From the NCBI GenBank assembly GCA_030611085.1, contig JAUWQI010000002.1, positions 37,961 through 101,960 on the forward strand: a stretch of 64,000 bases of DNA, given 5' to 3'. This document shows, in pieces, positions 35,894 to 44,680 of this stretch. The notes beneath the pieces are model-generated. The model made no database searches, had not been told where the DNA came from, and worked only from the letters and a program-made list of their open reading frames with translations. The stretch is from Dehalococcoidia bacterium (GTDB lineage: Bacteria > Chloroflexota > Dehalococcoidia > GIF9 > AB-539-J10). Each line of letters opens with the position of its first letter. Position 1 is the first letter of the stretch. The position numbers and the translations under genes are program-made.

Positions 35894-36922
35894 TCAACAG
35901 ACAATAACCCTTAGTCCTTCTGTGTAGGGCCCCCTTATTATGCCCTCCTCAGTGATGATAGCGCTTATGTAGTTATAGGGAGTGATGTCAAAAGCAGGAT
36001 TGGCTGCTTTTATGCCTTTCGGGGCAATGGGCACTCCGTGAATATGAGTTACTTCTTCAGGATTCCGCTCCTCTATGGGAATTTTTGCCCCTGAACTTAG
36101 GGAAAGGTCAATGGTGCTGATAGGAGCAGCTACATAAAAGGGGATGTTATTCTCCTTAGCCAATACTGCCAGAGTATAGGTGCCAATCTTATTGGCAACA
36201 TCACCATTGCCAGCAATCCTATCAGCGCCAACGATGATACAATTGATTTTGCCCTGATTCATAAAATAGCCCGCCATAGAATCAGTAATCAAAGTTACTG
36301 AGATATCAGCTTGCTGTAGTTCCCACACAGTGAGACTGGCTCCTTGAAGAAGAGGGCGAGTCTCCGTAGCAATTACGCTTAATCGCTTTCCTTGTTCTTT
36401 GGCAGCTTTGATTACACCTAAAGCAGTGCCATACCCTGCAGTGGCTAAAGGGCCAGCATTGCAATGAGTAAGAATAGTAAAGCCATCTTCGATAAGATCA
36501 GCTCCTAATTGGCTGAGACGCCTGGTTGCTTCTATTTCTTCCTGGTAGATTTGCTTTGCCTCATCGATAACTCTCCTTTTTATTTCAGGAATGCTGTCAC
36601 CTATAGCTGCCTCCTTTATTCTGTTAATAGCCTGGAAGAGGTTGACAGCAGTGGGCCTGGTAGCAGCAAAAGTTTGCATTATTTGCTCTAGCTTAACGAG
36701 GAATTCCTCCTTATTCGCTGTGGTTATATCCTGTGCTCCTAGAGCTATCCCATAAGCAGCAGCAATGCCTATAACTGGCGCCCCCCGAATTTTCATCTCC
36801 GTAATAGCTAAAGCCACATCGCGGTAATCGCTCAAGTCAATAAAGCTTTGCTCCCAGGGAAGCTTGCTCTGGTCCAGTATCCTTAGCCTGTTGCCAAGCC
36901 ATTCTATTGCTTCAAGTGCCAT
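35894..36922 (-). CDS. mtnA: Methylthioribose-1-phosphate isomerase (eIF-2B family)
   Basis: 342 aa; LRILDQSKLP, IRGAPVIGIAAAYG, THCNAGPLATAGYGTALGVI, GADRIAGNGDVANKIGTY. Confidence 0.85.
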   Translation of the reverse strand: MALEAIEWLGNRLRILDQSKLPWEQSFIDLSDYRDVALAITEMKIRGAPVIGIAAAYGIALGAQDITTANKEEFLVKLEQIMQTFAATRPTAVNLFQAINRIKEAAIGDSIPEIKRRVIDEAKQIYQEEIEATRRLSQLGADLIEDGFTILTHCNAGPLATAGYGTALGVIKAAKEQGKRLSVIATETRPLLQGASLTVWELQQADISVTLITDSMAGYFMNQGKINCIIVGADRIAGNGDVANKIGTYTLAVLAKENNIPFYVAAPISTIDLSLSSGAKIPIEERNPEEVTHIHGVPIAPKGIKAANPAFDITPYNYISAIITEEGIIRGPYTEGLRVIVC

Positions 36923-36936
36923 TGCTTGATAGTATA

Positions 36937-38058
36937 ATGGATATTATGGAAAAAAGGGAAACAATTGAGCAGATAGATTCTTGTAACGAGTGTGGGTTTT
37001 GCCTTGATGTTTGCCAGACCTATGAGGTGACCCAGAATGAGGCGTTTTCTCCCGTAGGCAGGCTTAAAACAGCCAAAAATGTATTCCAAGGAGGTGAACT
37101 TTCCACGGAGGCAATAGATGGCATCTATAACTGCATAAAATGTGCTCGTTGTCATGTTGTATGTCCCCAGGGAATAGATATCGTAAGCGTGGTGCGTAAG
37201 GCACAAGCTGAGCTAATGCGTCAGGGAATAGGACCATTAGAGAATCCAAATCGCATAATGGCAGGAATACAAAAGCTGGATAACGCATTTAATGGCGACC
37301 CGACTAAGAAATGGGATTGGCTACCGGGGGAGTTCCCCCAAAGGGAGTCAGATACTTTACTTTACATTGGTTGCTCAGCGTCTTTTGCATATCCACAGGC
37401 TGCCATATCATCCTACCTGCTGCTTAAAGAATTAGGCGTTGATTTTATGATGTTACAGGATGAAAGCTGCTGTGGATATTTCTATTACTACATGGGAAGG
37501 GAGGATTTAGCTCGGGAGAAATCCGAGCAAAATGTGGAAAAATTTAAGCGCCACGGCATAAAAAGGATAATTACCATTTGTGCTGGCTGTTATCATAATT
37601 TCAAATATTGGTATCCCGAATTGTTAGAACCCTTAGATTTCGAGATTGTTCATATATCTCAGTTGTTGCCTGCCTTGCTAAAAGAGAGGAGGGAAATTCT
37701 AAAGAAGGATGGGAGAGAAATAACTTACCATGACCCTTGTGGCTTAGGTAGGTTAGGAGGTATTTACGATGAGCCCAGAGAAGCGCTTCGTTTATGCGGA
37801 GTTAATTTGGTTGAAGCGGAGCACAACAGGGAACTTGGTCCCTGTTGTGGAGCGCTGATCATTAACAACTTCAGAGATTTAGGCGCAAAGGTAGCAGGCG
37901 ATTTCCTGAACAAAGTTAAGACAACCGATATAGTCACTTCTTGTTCTTTCTGCCTCTTTGGTTTAAATTATGGCAACAGGAAGACAGGGAAGGATAAAAA
38001 GATACAATATTTAAGTGAGGTTGTCCTGGATTCTCTAAAACCCTCTTCACCGAGCTAG
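36937..38058 (+). CDS. (Fe-S)-binding CCG-domain oxidoreductase (HdrD/GlcF/GlpC-like)
   Basis: CNECGFCLDVCQ and CIKCARCHVVCP ferredoxin motifs plus two Cys-rich CCG-type regions (ESCCGY, GPCCGA). The ORF-track start 36907 (TTG) overlaps the divergent mtnA; ATG 36937 is preferred. Confidence 0.7.
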   Translation: MDIMEKRETIEQIDSCNECGFCLDVCQTYEVTQNEAFSPVGRLKTAKNVFQGGELSTEAIDGIYNCIKCARCHVVCPQGIDIVSVVRKAQAELMRQGIGPLENPNRIMAGIQKLDNAFNGDPTKKWDWLPGEFPQRESDTLLYIGCSASFAYPQAAISSYLLLKELGVDFMMLQDESCCGYFYYYMGREDLAREKSEQNVEKFKRHGIKRIITICAGCYHNFKYWYPELLEPLDFEIVHISQLLPALLKERREILKKDGREITYHDPCGLGRLGGIYDEPREALRLCGVNLVEAEHNRELGPCCGALIINNFRDLGAKVAGDFLNKVKTTDIVTSCSFCLFGLNYGNRKTGKDKKIQYLSEVVLDSLKPSSPS

Positions 38059-38076
38059 CTTAATAGGAGGCTTAGT

Positions 38077-38105
38077 TTTACAAGTAGGTCGTTCTGGGCT
38101 AAAAT
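38077..38105 (+). promoter_or_regulatory. Promoter TTTACA-N17-TAAAAT for tRNA-Val(CAC)
   Basis: The -10 ends 12 nt before the tRNA 5' end. Confidence 0.5.
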
Positions 38106-38117
38106 AGCTATGGATTT

Positions 38118-38193
38118 GGGCGATTAGCTCAGTGGTGAGAGCGCTTGCTTCACACGCAAGAGGTCACTGGTTCAAATCCAGTATCGCCCACCA
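38118..38193 (+). tRNA. tRNA-Val (anticodon CAC), CCA encoded
   Basis: gggcgat acceptor, anticodon arm cttgc-ttCACac-gcaag, GGTTCAAATCC. Confidence 0.9.
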
Positions 38194-38225
38194 TAAACTA
38201 TATAATAATACAGGGAGGCTAATAA

Positions 38226-38603
38226 ATGGCTGAAGACAGAGGTGGCTTACTTAGTGCTGGCGGAATCCTGAGTATAATAGTGGGAGCTTCTGAACTAATC
38301 GGAGGGGGAGCATTAGTAGCCCTATTTGCCATGGATATCGCAGTTCCCCCATTCCCGGGTTTCCCAGGCTTTGGAGTTGGCCTTAGTATGGCTCTAGTCA
38401 CAACTCGGCTGATTATTGTAGGAGCTGCCCTTGTTGTGCTGGGCATAGTAGCTATAGCTGGTGGCATATCGGCTATAAGAAGGAGCAGTTTGGGATTATC
38501 TTTAGCGGGAGCTATTTGTGCCCTTCTTCCCATCAATGTCCTGGGAATACTGGCGGTTATTTTTGTCTCCCTGGCAAAGGGAGAATTTGAGGCGGAAGAA
38601 TAA
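38226..38603 (+). CDS. Small hydrophobic membrane protein (about 4 TM) embedded in the tRNA cluster
   Basis: 125 aa, Gly/Ala/Ile/Leu-rich TM segments, AGGGAGG RBS about 9 nt upstream of the ATG. No family recognised. Confidence 0.5.
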   Translation: MAEDRGGLLSAGGILSIIVGASELIGGGALVALFAMDIAVPPFPGFPGFGVGLSMALVTTRLIIVGAALVVLGIVAIAGGISAIRRSSLGLSLAGAICALLPINVLGILAVIFVSLAKGEFEAEE

Positions 38604-38605
38604 AA

Positions 38606-38691
38606 GCCGAAGTGGCGGAAAGGCAGACGCGCTACGTTCAGGGCGTAGTGTCCTTAAGGACGTGAGGGTTCAAATCCCTCCTTCGGCACCA
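38606..38691 (+). tRNA. tRNA-Leu (anticodon CAG), long variable arm, CCA encoded
   Basis: Close to E. coli tRNA-Leu(CAG) architecture: gccgaag acceptor, ctacg-ttCAGgg-cgtag, variable arm tgtccttaaggacg. Confidence 0.85.
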
Positions 38692-38692
38692 T

Positions 38693-38769
38693 GCGCCTGT
38701 GGCTCAGTAGGATAGAGCGCAGCCCTGCGGAGGCTGAGGTCGCGGGTTCGAATCCCGCCAGGCGTACCA
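38693..38769 (+). tRNA. tRNA-Arg (anticodon GCG), CCA encoded
   Basis: Acceptor gcgcctg/caggcgt, anticodon arm cagcc-ctGCGga-ggctg, GGTTCGAATCC. Confidence 0.8.
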
Positions 38770-38770
38770 T

Positions 38771-38843
38771 GGGCGGTTAGCTCAGTGGTTAGAGCACCAG
38801 TTTTACACACTGGGGGTCAGAGGTTCAAGTCCTCTACCGCCCA
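38771..38843 (+). tRNA. tRNA-Val (anticodon TAC), no CCA
   Basis: gggcggt acceptor, ccagt-ttTACac-actgg, GGTTCAAGTCC. Confidence 0.85.
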
Positions 38844-39066
38844 CTTTTAGCTGAGTTCAGGCCATTCGTTGTAGCTGCCGAAGGTAACCTTCTATGTAAT
38901 CTTTGACCTCATTTGCTGGTTGGTAAATAGGGGTGTGATATCTCGGCACTACCAATGATATAAACATTTTCCCAGATGCGAAAAGGCCTGGACATCTGCT
39001 ATTTTTGCGGTTGCGGAGAGCTATTCACGAGATTTGAGAGGGCACAAGCGGGCAGCCGGGACGCCA

Positions 39067-39342
39067 TTACTTCTTGAGGCCACCAATGAAATCATCAACT
39101 TCCATAGCAGCCATGGTCATAGTTTGAAGCGTGCCTCTCGAACCCAGGGCTATCGCCACTTTGGACACCGCTTCATTACTGGGAGCTTCCAAAATGTTTA
39201 TGAAGTCATACGGTCCTAGAAGACCATACTGAGCCAGAATCTTCGCCCCCATTGCCTCTACTTCCTTGATTCTTCCTGGGTTTTCCTTGATGGTCTTTCT
39301 TCCTTCATCAGTAAGGGTTGTTAGCATTACAAATTTAGCCAT
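39067..39342 (-). CDS. GYD-domain protein
   Basis: MAKFVMLTTLTDEGRKTIKENP..; GGAGGAGG RBS 6 nt before ATG 39342 (the ORF-track GTG 39357 lies inside the RBS). Confidence 0.7.
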   Translation of the reverse strand: MAKFVMLTTLTDEGRKTIKENPGRIKEVEAMGAKILAQYGLLGPYDFINILEAPSNEAVSKVAIALGSRGTLQTMTMAAMEVDDFIGGLKK

Positions 39343-39464
39343 TTGAACCTCCTCCACATTTATATTTATTTGAAAAGCTCAGCCTAAGCCCGCTTGTACC
39401 TCCAATTGACATAGCTAGATTTCTGGCTTCTTGTAAAAATTATAGCACGTAAACTCTAGCTAGC

Positions 39465-39938
39465 TCAATCAAAAGACACCCTTTCCTCTAAAAGCTCCCT
39501 TTCCCTGGCTCTCATTCGCTTTTCCTCTTCTGGTTGCTCGTGGTCATAGCCTAGAAGGTGAAGTATCCCATGGATAATCAGCAGTGCCAGCTCTTTATCA
39601 ATGGAATGTCCTTGTTCCTTGGCTTGCTCCACCGCTTGAGGGTAAGAGATGATTACCTCTCCGAGACGAAGTACGCCATCGGGAGGGAGGGCGAAGGAAG
39701 AATCGGCTTCCTTTTGAGGAAGCATATAAAACGCAAGCACATCCGTAGGCTCATCCACACTGCGGTAATCCCGATTGAGCCTTTGCACCGTCTCGGAATC
39801 GGTGAAAACCAGGCTCACTTCATAGGGAGGAGCTACACCTTCAGCCCTAAGAACCTGCTGAGCTACCTTTCTCACCCAGTCCTCATCAACTAAACCCCGA
39901 AATTTTTCCTCAACAGAAAGTCCAATTTCTTCTAACAT
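39465..39938 (-). CDS. ybeY: Endoribonuclease YbeY (rRNA maturation)
   Basis: 157 aa; HGILHLLGYDH zinc motif, TDVLAF. Confidence 0.9.
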   Translation of the reverse strand: MLEEIGLSVEEKFRGLVDEDWVRKVAQQVLRAEGVAPPYEVSLVFTDSETVQRLNRDYRSVDEPTDVLAFYMLPQKEADSSFALPPDGVLRLGEVIISYPQAVEQAKEQGHSIDKELALLIIHGILHLLGYDHEQPEEEKRMRARERELLEERVSFD

Positions 39939-40063
39939 GGCAAAATCTTATCTTAAGTATACACGACACTGTAGCCAAGGGAGCAAGGTCTCCCAAAGGG
40001 GAAGAGGGCATAAGCCTGTATCGTATATACTATGTTATATGAAGTGGCGTCTTTATTTGTCCT

Positions 40064-40585
40064 TCACTTGAATGGAGGTATATCAACGGGTAAGCCAACT
40101 CTCATAAAGAATCTCGCGAAAGCTTGGGATAAATGTTCTCTATACGGGGGCAATAAGCGTAGCCTTCTTCCCCTTTTTCTAGCTAACTCGAGAGTAGAAT
40201 CAAAAGGGACGCTATATACAGAACGAAAATCGACTACTAGATAGTCTGTCTTAAATCCATCGATTTCACATTTGTTTAATAGATGATACCCAGGCAAATA
40301 ACCTCGCCTCAAGGCTTCTTTCCCCTCTCTACTTCTATAATAGGAGTTCTCTTCTTCGAATTCCTCTAGTGACCACAGAGGACAAACCAGAACTAAATCT
40401 ATTTTTCTTTGCTCAAGGTCACATGATTGACTCATGACAACAACATCGTATTCGATAACATCTGCAGAGACCTTCCCAGGTTCTATTGCCAGAGGTGGAA
40501 TCACCACTGGGCACGAATTAATGAAATCTCCCTGTAGAAGAGTTTCCTTGCCATCCACAATTATATACCACGGATATTCTTCCAT
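40064..40585 (-). CDS. Hypothetical protein (173 aa), third gene of the AT-rich cassette
   Basis: Clean ORF co-directional with the two upstream genes. Segments VVVMSQSCDLEQ, GYLPGYHLL and a basic tail ARKRGRRLRLLPPYREHL. No family recognised. Confidence 0.6.
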   Translation of the reverse strand: MEEYPWYIIVDGKETLLQGDFINSCPVVIPPLAIEPGKVSADVIEYDVVVMSQSCDLEQRKIDLVLVCPLWSLEEFEEENSYYRSREGKEALRRGYLPGYHLLNKCEIDGFKTDYLVVDFRSVYSVPFDSTLELARKRGRRLRLLPPYREHLSQAFARFFMRVGLPVDIPPFK

Positions 40586-40615
40586 GCTTTTCGCCTTTTT
40601 GATAGTGTATTAAGC

Positions 40616-41017
40616 CTAAATCCATTCTAGCTCAACAAACCTGGGCTCTGCTTTTTTGATACTCTTTACTTCTAACTCTATAGCATACCGCCTTCTTGGG
40701 GGCATCCGAACAACAAAATCATGTTCTAACATCTCATTTATTATATCTTCTTCCGACAGTACTTCGGTTACGTAGGTTTCACTCATCGGCTCAAAATAAG
40801 GATGCACCGAAGATAAATCAATTTCGAATGATGGCAGCAAGCTTCGATAGAAAAAAGGTTGCCTAGGCAATTCCTGTCTTATTGAAACAAAGAAGGGCCA
40901 ATCCAACATTTCACTTATATTATCAGTTTCTTCTTTCCTCGAGCTCCCTGTGAATGCATGTGGGGTTGGATACTCTTTAGTCATTATATTCGGAGATGTT
41001 ATTTTATCTAACAACAT
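40616..41017 (-). CDS. Hypothetical protein (133 aa), second gene of the cassette
   Basis: ATG overlaps the upstream stop (TAATG at 41019-41015). Acidic/aromatic composition, no recognisable motif. Confidence 0.55.
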   Translation of the reverse strand: MLLDKITSPNIMTKEYPTPHAFTGSSRKEETDNISEMLDWPFFVSIRQELPRQPFFYRSLLPSFEIDLSSVHPYFEPMSETYVTEVLSEEDIINEMLEHDFVVRMPPRRRYAIELEVKSIKKAEPRFVELEWI

Positions 41018-41790
41018 TATTCAAACCTCCTTGACAATTCCCCTTCTATTAGTTTAAAGAACCAGTCATCCGTCAAATTGTGTGCCTCTTTTGCCCAATC
41101 AGCAATCTCGTTTTGAACCTTGGGCACATCTTCCGAAACAGATTCAACCATTGTTTCCCATATTAAAGCATCAGATTCTTTCCTTTTACCTCGGACAAAT
41201 CTTAGATGGATTGCTCCTTTAGGTTCTGCAGAGGCAAAAGAGAACCTCAAATCGAGACCTAAAGGAGACTTTTCTACTCTTGTATCTTCAAATAGTTTCT
41301 GGTATAACTTTATCTCCATCTTCACTTGCTCTTTTAAAAAAGTGAATATGTCATCTTTTTCAAAATCAAAAGCAATAGCGTCAATATAACGTAACAACAA
41401 TCTATTAACTGTCAGATTGCTTTTCGATTCGGGATATACTTCAAAGAGGATATTGAAAGTTTGAATGATTCTTTTTTCAAAGTCTTCCCATATATATCCA
41501 TCTGTATCGTTAACAGTAATAATTCCAGGTCCTATTTGAACAAGTGGCCATTTATCTTTACCTTTTCTAAACCGATGCTGCACTATATAGCCTGCAATTT
41601 CATCTGGCATAGTGGCTGCAGGTAATTGCTCATGGAAAGGATACTCATCGTTGAGCTTGTCATATAATCTGCCGATGAGTAATTTGTAGTGAGGGTCTAC
41701 TTTTATGCCAGGTGCAGATTCTTGGAGATTCCACCTCAACTCGAATATAGCCTCTACGAGAGGTTTATTTTTTAAGATTTTCTTCGTCAT
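41017..41790 (-). CDS. TIGR04255-like uncharacterised protein (257 aa), first gene of the cassette
   Basis: KNKPLVEAIFELRW near the N-terminus and LLLRYIDAI mid-protein are what I recall for family TIGR04255. GGAGG RBS 7 nt before the ATG. Confidence 0.5.
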   Translation of the reverse strand: MTKKILKNKPLVEAIFELRWNLQESAPGIKVDPHYKLLIGRLYDKLNDEYPFHEQLPAATMPDEIAGYIVQHRFRKGKDKWPLVQIGPGIITVNDTDGYIWEDFEKRIIQTFNILFEVYPESKSNLTVNRLLLRYIDAIAFDFEKDDIFTFLKEQVKMEIKLYQKLFEDTRVEKSPLGLDLRFSFASAEPKGAIHLRFVRGKRKESDALIWETMVESVSEDVPKVQNEIADWAKEAHNLTDDWFFKLIEGELSRRFE

Positions 41791-41906
41791 CTTCTAACCT
41801 CCATATCCTTTCTAAAAGCACCATTTCATATAACTCCAGTATATACCAAATTTCCTTTCGCTCCTAGAAGGGTGCCAACTTTTAATTTCTTCCTTGCTAC
41901 ATCAAC

Positions 41907-41935
41907 ATTATACTTCTTTGACTGTTTTTGTTGAA
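41907..41935 (-). promoter_or_regulatory. Candidate promoter TTCAAC-N17-TATAAT for the three-gene cassette
   Basis: Perfect -10 and a 17-nt spacer, about 115 nt upstream of ATG 41790. Confidence 0.35.
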
Positions 41936-42002
41936 GCCTTTAAATAGGATATTTAATTTAGGGCATTTAATTGTCACCTCAAACGGCAATGAAGGGTATC
42001 TA

Positions 42003-42058
42003 GCTTGCTTCGCTTCCCCTTCACTAAGTTCAGGGCTTTGGCTCACCGCAATGACAGG
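42003..42058. repeat. R1 repeat
   Basis: gcttgcttcgcttccccttcactaagttcagggctttggctcaccgcaatgacagg. Confidence 0.75.
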
Positions 42059-42116
42059 CGAGATTACCAATCATGCAGACTTTATATGTTGTTGAATAGC
42101 TAGTAAAATAACACTG

Positions 42117-44666
42117 ATGGCAGTAACACCTCTCAGGCGGCAGTATCTCAGGGTTAAGCAGAGGTATCCCGAGGCAATAGTCTTCTTTCGGCTGGGGGAT
42201 TTTTATGAGACCTTCGATGAGGATGCCAAGGTCGCTTCTAAGGAACTAGACATCGTTTTAACCTCCCGTGGGATGGACGAGGGGCATAAAGTGCCCATGG
42301 CGGGAATACCTCACCATGCTCTGGATAACTATCTGTCTAAGCTCATCACTCGAGGCCATAAAGTAGCCATTTGTGAGCAACTCAGCCCTCCGGGCAAAGG
42401 GCTGGTGGATAGGGATGTCATTCGAGTGGTGACGCCGGGGACGGTGGTTGAGCCTAACCTGCTTGAGAGCAAGAAGAATAACTATCTGGTCAGCCTGGTT
42501 GTTGAAGATGAGAAAGCAGGGATTGCTTATATTGATATAACCACGAGTGAGTTTGCTACCACTCAGCTTCCTGGCGACCAAATTCTCCCCGAATTGGAGC
42601 GACTTCAGCCCAGCGAGCTTCTCATCCCAGAGAATGTTGATGACCAGAGTCAATTGCCCTTTACTATCACCAAGCTTGATGATTACTGGTTTGATTTAGA
42701 GACAGCCCAGGAAACCTTGCTGGAACATTTCAGCGTGGCTACTCTGGAAGGCTATGGCTGCGCCCGTTTGCCTTTGGCTATAAGGGCTGCCGGCTCATTA
42801 GTCCATTATCTCACCGAAACCCAAAAGGCAGCTTTGCTTCAGTTGACTACCCTTGCTACCTACTCCACGGATTCCTTCATGATTCTCGATGGCCAGACAT
42901 GTCGTAATCTGGAGCTTTTTCAAGGCGGTAGGTGGGGAGAGACCGATAACTCCCTCCTCTCTATTATTGACTTAACCAGGACAGCTATGGGTGGCAGGCT
43001 AATTAAAAATTGGCTAGGACATCCTCTCCTCGATATCGCCGAGCTGAATAAAAGGCAAGAATCGGTTGATTGGTTTTATCACAATAGTCTGGCTCGCCAG
43101 AAAGTTATGTCCCTTTTAGCCGATGTCGCTGATTTAGAGCGGTTGGTCAACCGGGTGGGAAGTGGCAAAGTTATGCCCCGAGAACTGATAACGCTTCAGG
43201 AGAGCTTGGAGAAAATACCTGAGCTAAGGGAGGTAATGGAAGTCGGGAGCTTTGTAGATTGGCTGAGAGGTGAACTGAAACCCTGCCCTGATATTGTGGA
43301 GGTAATTGCGCAAGCCATCGCTGATGAGCCGGGAAATTTGGAGCAAGGTGGTGTAATAAGGGAAGGTTTCTCCACTGAACTGGATGAGCTTCGCCGTAGC
43401 TCAAAGGAGACAAAACAATATCTAGCCAGTCTGGAGCACAGAGAAAGGCAGCGCACGGGGATTAAATCCTTAAAAGTAGGCTACAACCGGGTATTTGGCT
43501 ATTATATTGAGGTATCCCGGGCTAATCTTAGCCTGGTTCCCTCCGACTATATTCGTAAGCAGACTTTAGCCGAGGCGGAAAGATTCTTCACCCCCGAACT
43601 CAAAGAATATGAATCTTCCATTCTAGCTTCACAAGAGAGAATTGCAGAATTGGAAACCGCCATCTTCCGCCAGGTTTGTCAGCAGATAAGCGCTGCTGGC
43701 GAGCAGATTTTGGCCACCGCCAGAACCATTGCTCAAATTGATGCTTTTTGCAGCCTTGCTGAAGTAGCAACAAAGTATAATTATGTTAAGCCAACGCTGA
43801 ACACGGAAGATGTCATAGAAATTAAAGGAGGACGCCACCCCGTGGTGGAGAGAAGCATAGGCAGCGATAGCTTCGTTCCTAACGATACTTATCTATGTAA
43901 CGAGGATAATCAACTCATCATACTCACAGGCCCCAATATGTCAGGAAAGTCTACCTATCTCAGGCAGGTAGCCTTAATTATTCTGCTCGCTCAGATTGGA
44001 AGCTTTGTTCCCGCCGATTCAGCGAATATCGGGGTTGTTGACCGCATCTTCACTCGAATCGGAGCCCAGGAGGATTTAGCTGCAGGTCAGTCCACTTTTA
44101 TGGTGGAGATGACCGAGACAGCAAACATTTTGCATAATGCCACTTCCCACTCTTTTATTATCTTAGATGAGATTGGGCGAGGTACAAGCACCTATGACGG
44201 GCTTTCCATCGCCTGGGCGGTAGCTGAATTCATCCATAGCTCACCCAAGCTCGGAGCGAAGACCCTTTTTGCCACTCATTACCACGAATTGGTGGATTTG
44301 GCCAATGCCTTGCCTCGGGTAAAAAACTTTAATGTAGCTGTGGCTGAGGAGGGAGATAAAGTTATCTTCTTACATAAAATTATCCCCGGAGGTGCTGATA
44401 GAAGCTACGGCATTCATGTAGCTCAGCTAGCTGGTTTGCCCAGGTCGGTAATTAGTCGAGCTCAGGAAGTTTTAGCCGAATTAGAAGGCCAGGCTTCCAG
44501 GAAAGGCAAAGTCTCTCGGCAGAAAGCCCGGTTTCAGCAGCTTCCACTTTTACCCAAAGACTCCTTATTGGCTGATGAGATTGCCAAACTCGATGTGGAT
44601 TCCCTGTCTCCTCTGGAGGCTATTACCAAGCTTTATCAGCTCAAGCAAATGACGCAGGAGAGATAA
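42117..44666 (+). CDS. mutS: DNA mismatch repair protein MutS
   Basis: 849 aa; TPLRRQY, FFRLGDFYETF, GPNMSGKSTYLRQ Walker A, ILDEIGRGTSTYDG, THYHEL. Confidence 0.95.
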   Translation: MAVTPLRRQYLRVKQRYPEAIVFFRLGDFYETFDEDAKVASKELDIVLTSRGMDEGHKVPMAGIPHHALDNYLSKLITRGHKVAICEQLSPPGKGLVDRDVIRVVTPGTVVEPNLLESKKNNYLVSLVVEDEKAGIAYIDITTSEFATTQLPGDQILPELERLQPSELLIPENVDDQSQLPFTITKLDDYWFDLETAQETLLEHFSVATLEGYGCARLPLAIRAAGSLVHYLTETQKAALLQLTTLATYSTDSFMILDGQTCRNLELFQGGRWGETDNSLLSIIDLTRTAMGGRLIKNWLGHPLLDIAELNKRQESVDWFYHNSLARQKVMSLLADVADLERLVNRVGSGKVMPRELITLQESLEKIPELREVMEVGSFVDWLRGELKPCPDIVEVIAQAIADEPGNLEQGGVIREGFSTELDELRRSSKETKQYLASLEHRERQRTGIKSLKVGYNRVFGYYIEVSRANLSLVPSDYIRKQTLAEAERFFTPELKEYESSILASQERIAELETAIFRQVCQQISAAGEQILATARTIAQIDAFCSLAEVATKYNYVKPTLNTEDVIEIKGGRHPVVERSIGSDSFVPNDTYLCNEDNQLIILTGPNMSGKSTYLRQVALIILLAQIGSFVPADSANIGVVDRIFTRIGAQEDLAAGQSTFMVEMTETANILHNATSHSFIILDEIGRGTSTYDGLSIAWAVAEFIHSSPKLGAKTLFATHYHELVDLANALPRVKNFNVAVAEEGDKVIFLHKIIPGGADRSYGIHVAQLAGLPRSVISRAQEVLAELEGQASRKGKVSRQKARFQQLPLLPKDSLLADEIAKLDVDSLSPLEAITKLYQLKQMTQER

Positions 44667-44680
44667 AAGGGAAAACCTAG

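Noticed and set aside
38219-38536. 105-aa minus-strand ORF in the tRNA cluster
   Set aside because: It is antisense to the more plausible membrane-protein ORF, which has an RBS and clear TM periodicity. Its Pro/Ala/Thr-rich translation is typical of the antisense frame of a hydrophobic gene.
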